Positions 59,725 to 64,000 of a DNA stretch of 64,000 nt are shown in pieces. This DNA comes from a virus. Its lineage: Duplodnaviria > Heunggongvirae > Uroviricota > Caudoviricetes. Made by a program: the position numbers and the translations under genes. The DNA is taken from positions 1 through 64,000 of the IMG/VR virus record IMGVR_UViG_3300001336_000003; one strand, written 5' to 3'. The first letter of the stretch is position 1, and each line of letters begins with the position of its first letter. Below the pieces are notes generated by a model. The model was given only the letters and a program-made list of their open reading frames with translations. It was not told the origin of the DNA and did not search any database.

Positions 59725-60408
59725 TTAGGAAAAGAAGCTTGTCAGGCCATTGTTGCCTTCAAGTCTTTTCTTCGCTATGTCAAAATATTTATCATCCAAT
59801 TCTATACCGATAAAAGGCAATCCTAGTCTTCGTGCAGCAACACCTGTGCTACCAGAACCCATAAATGGATCAAGAACAATACCATTGGAACCATCACCAA
59901 TGCCATGTATCAAATCTTGCATCAATGAAACGGGTTTACAAGTTGGGTGCCCATGATCTTCAGATGGACTTGGCCTTCTATGGGAAAATACGGATTTCGG
60001 TCTTTTATTGGCGAATGATCTTTTGCCTTTTGTGGCATACCAAATAATATCGTGCATGGGCGCAAAAGAACCAGATAGATCACCCATGCCGTGGTGCATT
60101 CTATTCCACACACCTTGTGACTTCAAATCGAACCCGTATTGTTCTATTGATTGACGCCAAACATGACTTGTGTTCCAATCGCAAAAAGAAATAAGCCCCC
60201 CTCCGTCTTTCAAGACGCGGAAAGCTTCACCTAACCATTCAGTGAAAAATACATCATCATTCGCAATTGCTTTATGTCTAGGACCATCTTTTCCGTGATT
60301 TGAACGAAAATTCATACCATAAGGCGGATCTGTGACCACCATATCAACAGACCCGCTTTCAATTTCAGACATTTTTTCTAAACAGTTACCATTTAACAGT
60401 TTTATCAT
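59725..60408 (-). CDS. beta-class N6A/N4C DNA methyltransferase (motif IV DPPY before motif I FMGSGST)
   Basis: SVDMVVTDPPYGM; FRVLKDGG; LDPFMGSGSTGVAA. Confidence 0.8.
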   Translation of the reverse strand: MIKLLNGNCLEKMSEIESGSVDMVVTDPPYGMNFRSNHGKDGPRHKAIANDDVFFTEWLGEAFRVLKDGGGLISFCDWNTSHVWRQSIEQYGFDLKSQGVWNRMHHGMGDLSGSFAPMHDIIWYATKGKRSFANKRPKSVFSHRRPSPSEDHGHPTCKPVSLMQDLIHGIGDGSNGIVLDPFMGSGSTGVAARRLGLPFIGIELDDKYFDIAKKRLEGNNGLTSFFS

Positions 60409-60418
60409 TTACATCCTT

Positions 60419-60994
60419 TCACGCATATGCTGCAATCTCCATAACGTGTTCTTTCACATCATCAATGGAAGTATAAAGTTTCTGGTTGACCTTCCGTTCA
60501 ATTTCTTTACGGACAAAGGTAACATTATTTATTTTGATGTTGCTCAAGACTTCGCGGGCTGCACCAAGTGCTTCTTTCAGTTTGATTTTAGCAGGCTTTT
60601 TGTTGGCTTTCTTCTTTTCCTTGAAGTCATTCACAAGCTTCTTGACTTCATCTAAAGCGATGAAAACAGGAAGTTTATAGATTTCTTGGGGGAAGTCAAC
60701 CTCAATCGAACCATTGTGATACAGTTCCATCAAGATTTCTTCGGGATCGTTTTCATAAAGACCAACGACATAGGCGGCTTCACGCGCATCTGCATAAACG
60801 CCAAGGTGAAGGGAAAGACGTTCTTTTGCAGTCAACCACTTAGAAAGAACAGGGTCATTTACGGGATTTTGCCGCATTGCAATGAAGGGACGCTCTAGAT
60901 CAAGGGTCCACGAAGGCGACAAGGTTACACCGTAATAACCAGAACGACCGAGAGAAGAAGTTGCGATTTCAACACCGTTAATGTTGTAGTTCAT
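60419..60994 (-). CDS. AP2-domain DNA-binding protein
   Basis: RSGYYGVTLSPSWTLDLERPFIAMRQNP...LHLGVYADAREAAYVVGLY fits AP2/ERF fold signature. Confidence 0.5.
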   Translation of the reverse strand: MNYNINGVEIATSSLGRSGYYGVTLSPSWTLDLERPFIAMRQNPVNDPVLSKWLTAKERLSLHLGVYADAREAAYVVGLYENDPEEILMELYHNGSIEVDFPQEIYKLPVFIALDEVKKLVNDFKEKKKANKKPAKIKLKEALGAAREVLSNIKINNVTFVRKEIERKVNQKLYTSIDDVKEHVMEIAAYA

Positions 60995-61046
60995 GTCGTT
61001 TCCTTTTCAAGCTACACTACATATATACACTATCAGATGATGCCTG

Positions 61047-63326
61047 TCAAGCATCATCCGAAAAGAAATTATCTAGCGTAGTCTTTTTTTGGACAGCTTC
61101 TATCCTTGCTTTCGCAATTTCAATATATTCTGGATCAAGTTCAATACCAATGAAGTCGAACCCTTCAAGTTTTGCGGCTTTGCCAGTCGAACCAGAACCC
61201 ATGAAAGGATCAAGAACAGTTCCATTAGGTGGAGTTACAAGTTTCACAAGATAGCGCATTAGTTCTGTTGGCTTCACCGTAGGATGATTATTTTTGGAAG
61301 GTATGAAAGGTCTATTTGCTCTTTCTGGAACCGCAGCACCTTCATGTTTCCATTCCTTGTCAGGAAGATTTTCCAAACCCTCATTGCGATCTTTCTTGGA
61401 AGTCTTGGCACAGTAAAAGAAACGGGCAGCGGAACCTTCGTCATTGTAATTGCTAGGTGATTGTGGTTTATCGCCATTAAACATGGAAGTATCTTTGTTG
61501 TCATACTCGTTTCCAGCATAAGAATATACACCTTTGTTATTACCAGAACCAGTTTTTGGAAACAACTCTGTCACTTCTTCACTACCATCATGAATGAGGT
61601 TGGCGGGGAAACGACCAACGCTGTCGTCCACCTTAGCCCGTTCGGTTATGCCTCCGTTGTGAAGCGCAGTACTCCCTGCGCAACCCCCGCTAGTTTTCTT
61701 CGTGCCGTTCAAATCAACTCTACTTTCATCAATATTGATGCCACCTGTGCCATACTTTAACACATTAGCAGCAACAGTATTTTCACTTAGTGGCTTTCTT
61801 GCAACAGTGATCGGTTCTAATGCGGGCTTTAGAGCAGTTCCCCAACCATTCCATTTTTTGGCTTCATCTGTAGCGGGTGCAGTTATTTGAATAACATTTT
61901 TTGCACTTTTGTCTTCTGAATTTCCAGTATATGCGTTTGGCCTAAATCCGTGTTCTGCATTAGTTTTAGAAATGTGAGCCATTCCGCCAGAGTTTGTTTT
62001 TGTCTCTGATATAATTTCGCGTTCTGCACCAGACATTTTATCAATAGCTTTACTAATATCCAATGACTTCGGAAATCCGCTTCCATAACCCCATCCCACC
62101 ATTCCATCACGACCAAATGTAGCATCAAAAAGCTTCATCTGTTCTGGAGTCAAAGATTCAAAAAGTTGTTGGGCTGTGGTATTAGTATCATATAGATATG
62201 TGACCATATCACGAATTTCAAAACCAGCATCTTCAATGTTGACTGCCATCCTATGTTGCGTCCTAGTGCCAGCAAATGCCAACAAATGACCGCCGGGCTT
62301 CAAGACTCGCAAACATTCTTGCCAAATTTCAGTAGTAGGGACGTCATAATCCCATTTTTTACCCATAAAACCACTGGAATTTGTATAAATATCAGATACA
62401 GATTTAAGTAAATTTTTAGGAACATAAAGATGCAAAAAATACTCAGAACTTGTCCCGTTTGCAGTATCCAATATGAAGCCGACCCTAACAGGCTGAAGCA
62501 CGGTAGACAAACTACTTGCAGCAAGGTTTGTTCTTACAATCTTAGGTCTGATAAAATTAGAAAAAGTGTTACTCTTGAGTGTGGTAATTGCGGCACTGGA
62601 ATAATCAGAAGCCCTAGTCAAATCAAAAGTAAGCACGGGCACATCTTCTGTTCCATTTTCTGTAAGAGTGAAGCTATGAGCAAAGGAATCATCCCCCATG
62701 TTATCACTACCCCATACAATATCAGGAACCCCATCCCTGAAGATAGGAAAAGGGAAATCCATTCCAGAATTTGGGAAACAAGAAGAAAAAATGGAACTGA
62801 TAGGCACACTAAAGAAACCATACGAAAATTGTCCGAAATTACCACTAAAAACATCGTCAGCGGTAAAATCAATAGAATTTCCAAAATCGAATATGAAGTT
62901 TCCGATAAACTTACTTCCATTGGCGTCAAATTTATCCCTCAATATGGTATCAGGGATATGAAAACTGGAAGATACTGTGCTTCTGTCGATTTCTATCTCC
63001 CTGACTTCAACATTGCCGTCGAAGTAAATGGGACTTTCTGGCATAGAGACCCTAGATTTTATGATAGGAATAGTCTCACACCTGCTCAAATCAGAACACA
63101 TACTAGATTTGAAAGAAAAGTCGCTATATTGGATTCTCTTAATATCACTCTCGTAGAAATTTGGGAGCATGATATTAAAACTTTTCCAGACAGCTTTATT
63201 GACCCTCTTATAAAGGTTATCGCCTAAACCATAAGGGGGATCTGTAACAATGCTATCCACACTGTTATCTGGTAATTCTTTCATCTTATCAAGGCAATCG
63301 CCAAGCATCAATTTAACTTCAGTCAT
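61047..63326 (-). CDS. large beta-class DNA methyltransferase whose ORF runs in frame through an antisense-inserted endonuclease cassette
   Basis: SVDSIVTDPPYGL (aa 24-34), then about 290 aa Ser/Phe-rich low-complexity region, then IWQECLRVLKPGGHLLAF, long TRD, LDPFMGSGSTGKAA; paralog of 59725..60408. Confidence 0.8.
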   Translation of the reverse strand: MTEVKLMLGDCLDKMKELPDNSVDSIVTDPPYGLGDNLYKRVNKAVWKSFNIMLPNFYESDIKRIQYSDFSFKSSMCSDLSRCETIPIIKSRVSMPESPIYFDGNVEVREIEIDRSTVSSSFHIPDTILRDKFDANGSKFIGNFIFDFGNSIDFTADDVFSGNFGQFSYGFFSVPISSIFSSCFPNSGMDFPFPIFRDGVPDIVWGSDNMGDDSFAHSFTLTENGTEDVPVLTFDLTRASDYSSAAITTLKSNTFSNFIRPKIVRTNLAASSLSTVLQPVRVGFILDTANGTSSEYFLHLYVPKNLLKSVSDIYTNSSGFMGKKWDYDVPTTEIWQECLRVLKPGGHLLAFAGTRTQHRMAVNIEDAGFEIRDMVTYLYDTNTTAQQLFESLTPEQMKLFDATFGRDGMVGWGYGSGFPKSLDISKAIDKMSGAEREIISETKTNSGGMAHISKTNAEHGFRPNAYTGNSEDKSAKNVIQITAPATDEAKKWNGWGTALKPALEPITVARKPLSENTVAANVLKYGTGGINIDESRVDLNGTKKTSGGCAGSTALHNGGITERAKVDDSVGRFPANLIHDGSEEVTELFPKTGSGNNKGVYSYAGNEYDNKDTSMFNGDKPQSPSNYNDEGSAARFFYCAKTSKKDRNEGLENLPDKEWKHEGAAVPERANRPFIPSKNNHPTVKPTELMRYLVKLVTPPNGTVLDPFMGSGSTGKAAKLEGFDFIGIELDPEYIEIAKARIEAVQKKTTLDNFFSDDA
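62384..62391 (+). promoter_or_regulatory. late promoter TATAAATA of the embedded endonuclease, located inside the methyltransferase ORF
   Basis: TTTGTATAAATATCAG...taggaacataaagATG. Confidence 0.55.
62430..63227 (+). CDS. Zn-ribbon + Vsr/DUF559-like PD-(D/E)XK endonuclease (homing-endonuclease-like), embedded antisense within the methyltransferase gene
   Basis: CPVC..CSKVC and CGNCG..CSIFC zinc ribbons; nuclease core RYCASVDFYLPDFNIAVEVNGTFWHRD ... LVEIWEHD. Confidence 0.75.
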   Translation: MQKILRTCPVCSIQYEADPNRLKHGRQTTCSKVCSYNLRSDKIRKSVTLECGNCGTGIIRSPSQIKSKHGHIFCSIFCKSEAMSKGIIPHVITTPYNIRNPIPEDRKREIHSRIWETRRKNGTDRHTKETIRKLSEITTKNIVSGKINRISKIEYEVSDKLTSIGVKFIPQYGIRDMKTGRYCASVDFYLPDFNIAVEVNGTFWHRDPRFYDRNSLTPAQIRTHTRFERKVAILDSLNITLVEIWEHDIKTFPDSFIDPLIKVIA

Positions 63327-63339
63327 TCAATATCTCCAT

Positions 63340-64000
63340 TCAACAATTTTTCAATTCTGCTAGACGTATTTTAGCACTTAGACCTTTGTATATATTCGCA
63401 TCAATACATTCTTGGATATACACAGGCGAAACGCCATTCAACACAAATTCATTTATGTCTTTACCATGTTTTGCCATATTCTTAGGTAGCAAACACACAT
63501 TCAATCCTTTGTCAATAATTTTTTCTACACGCTTCATAATTTCCTTGTTACGATATTCCAAGTCAAACACAAAAACAGCATTTTCTACATTTTCCAAACC
63601 ATTTGTGTTACCATCTGCACCCGCCATAGCTATAGCATTATCCAAGAAAAGACTATCGATAGAGCCTTCCAAGACATAGTATCTTTTGGAAAAGTCTACT
63701 TCATTCAACCCAAAAATCTTCGGTCTTTCATCTATCATGATAGTTATATAGCGTAATCCATCTGGATCAAATCCACGTGCAGAAAGCCCAAAAAGATTGC
63801 CTTTCTTATCCAAAAATGGTAAAATGATTCTAGGTTCATCTTTGGTGAATTTGAATTTGTCTGGAATGATGGAGTTGACCCAAGTCTTGAACTTAGATGC
63901 ATAGTATATTTTATAGTGTTGGTCACTAGGTATCTTACGATTCAGAATGTATTCTTTTGCAGGATGATCAAATTTCAACTGACTGATTTTTTTGATATTT
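63340..64000 (-). CDS. 61: DNA primase gp61-like (TOPRIM C-terminal part; 5' end beyond window)
   Basis: YYVLEGSIDSLF (TOPRIM E-G-x-x-D) and AMAGADGNTNG (DxD); reading frame open to window edge. Confidence 0.65.
   Translation of the reverse strand, partial: NIKKISQLKFDHPAKEYILNRKIPSDQHYKIYYASKFKTWVNSIIPDKFKFTKDEPRIILPFLDKKGNLFGLSARGFDPDGLRYITIMIDERPKIFGLNEVDFSKRYYVLEGSIDSLFLDNAIAMAGADGNTNGLENVENAVFVFDLEYRNKEIMKRVEKIIDKGLNVCLLPKNMAKHGKDINEFVLNGVSPVYIQECIDANIYKGLSAKIRLAELKNC

Noticed and set aside
1-64000. CRISPR arrays and tRNA genes
   Set aside because: No regularly spaced direct repeats were seen. No GGTTCGAATCC-like T-loop signatures were noticed in intergenic regions. A proper tRNAscan run was not possible, so small tRNAs cannot be excluded.

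Overview
This 64-kb window comes from a T4-like (Tevenvirinae-type) myovirus. It opens with the prohead module gp21-gp22-gp23, each gene behind a T4-type late promoter (TATAAATA). The rest is a densely packed, mostly minus-strand region of nucleotide-metabolism, replication and auxiliary genes.

Key points:
- **Hallmark genes recognised:** gp23 major capsid protein (clear match to T4 gp23), gp21 protease, gp22 scaffold, PAAR gp5.4, RNase H, Dda helicase, ATP DNA ligase, primase gp61 (partial), dNMP kinase, NrdC-like glutaredoxin, dCMP-deaminase-like protein, thymidylate synthase, DHFR, class II-like ribonucleotide reductase, PhoH, RNA ligase 1, two beta-class DNA methyltransferases.
- **Homing-endonuclease invasion:** at least 11 homing-endonuclease-like ORFs. 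Seven (plus one 5' fragment) are free-standing GIY-YIG-like or HNH genes. Each carries the same portable about 90-nt cassette of late promoter, hairpin leader, AAAGGAG-TTCCAGC and ATG. The hairpin stem covaries between copies. Two more are Vsr-like PD-(D/E)XK endonucleases.
- **Three unusual in-gene insertions:**
  - rnlA is split into two separately translated halves by an oppositely oriented endonuclease cassette.
  - thyA carries an in-frame insert of about 265 aa with an HNH motif. It is not a canonical intein, and the continuous ORF does not fit the T4 td group I intron.
  - The large DNA methyltransferase contains a complete endonuclease cassette antisense and in frame (sense 62430..63227, inside antisense 61047..63326). 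The 798-nt endonuclease ORF contains no codon whose reverse complement is a stop, so the methyltransferase frame stays open.
- **Target duplication:** a diverged duplicate of the metallophosphoesterase 3' end flanks one cassette.
- **RNA-repair and counter-defence genes:** Rnl1, P-loop polynucleotide-kinase-like protein, two calcineurin-like phosphoesterases, Thg1-like 3'-5' polymerase, PTH2-like hydrolase, a 2H phosphoesterase (possible Acb1/LigT type), a NADAR domain protein, an NMNAT-like gene adjacent to a kinase, and an acidic putative DNA-mimic protein.
- **Foreign GC-rich genes and host clues:** a band 7 (SPFH) gene with a small membrane partner, a DUF2786-like gene, a GapR (DUF2312) homolog and a SleB-like lysin. 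Together they hint tentatively at an alphaproteobacterial-type host.
- **Apparent frameshifts:** phoH and one unknown gene are interrupted.
- **Not found:** no CRISPR array or tRNA gene was recognised.
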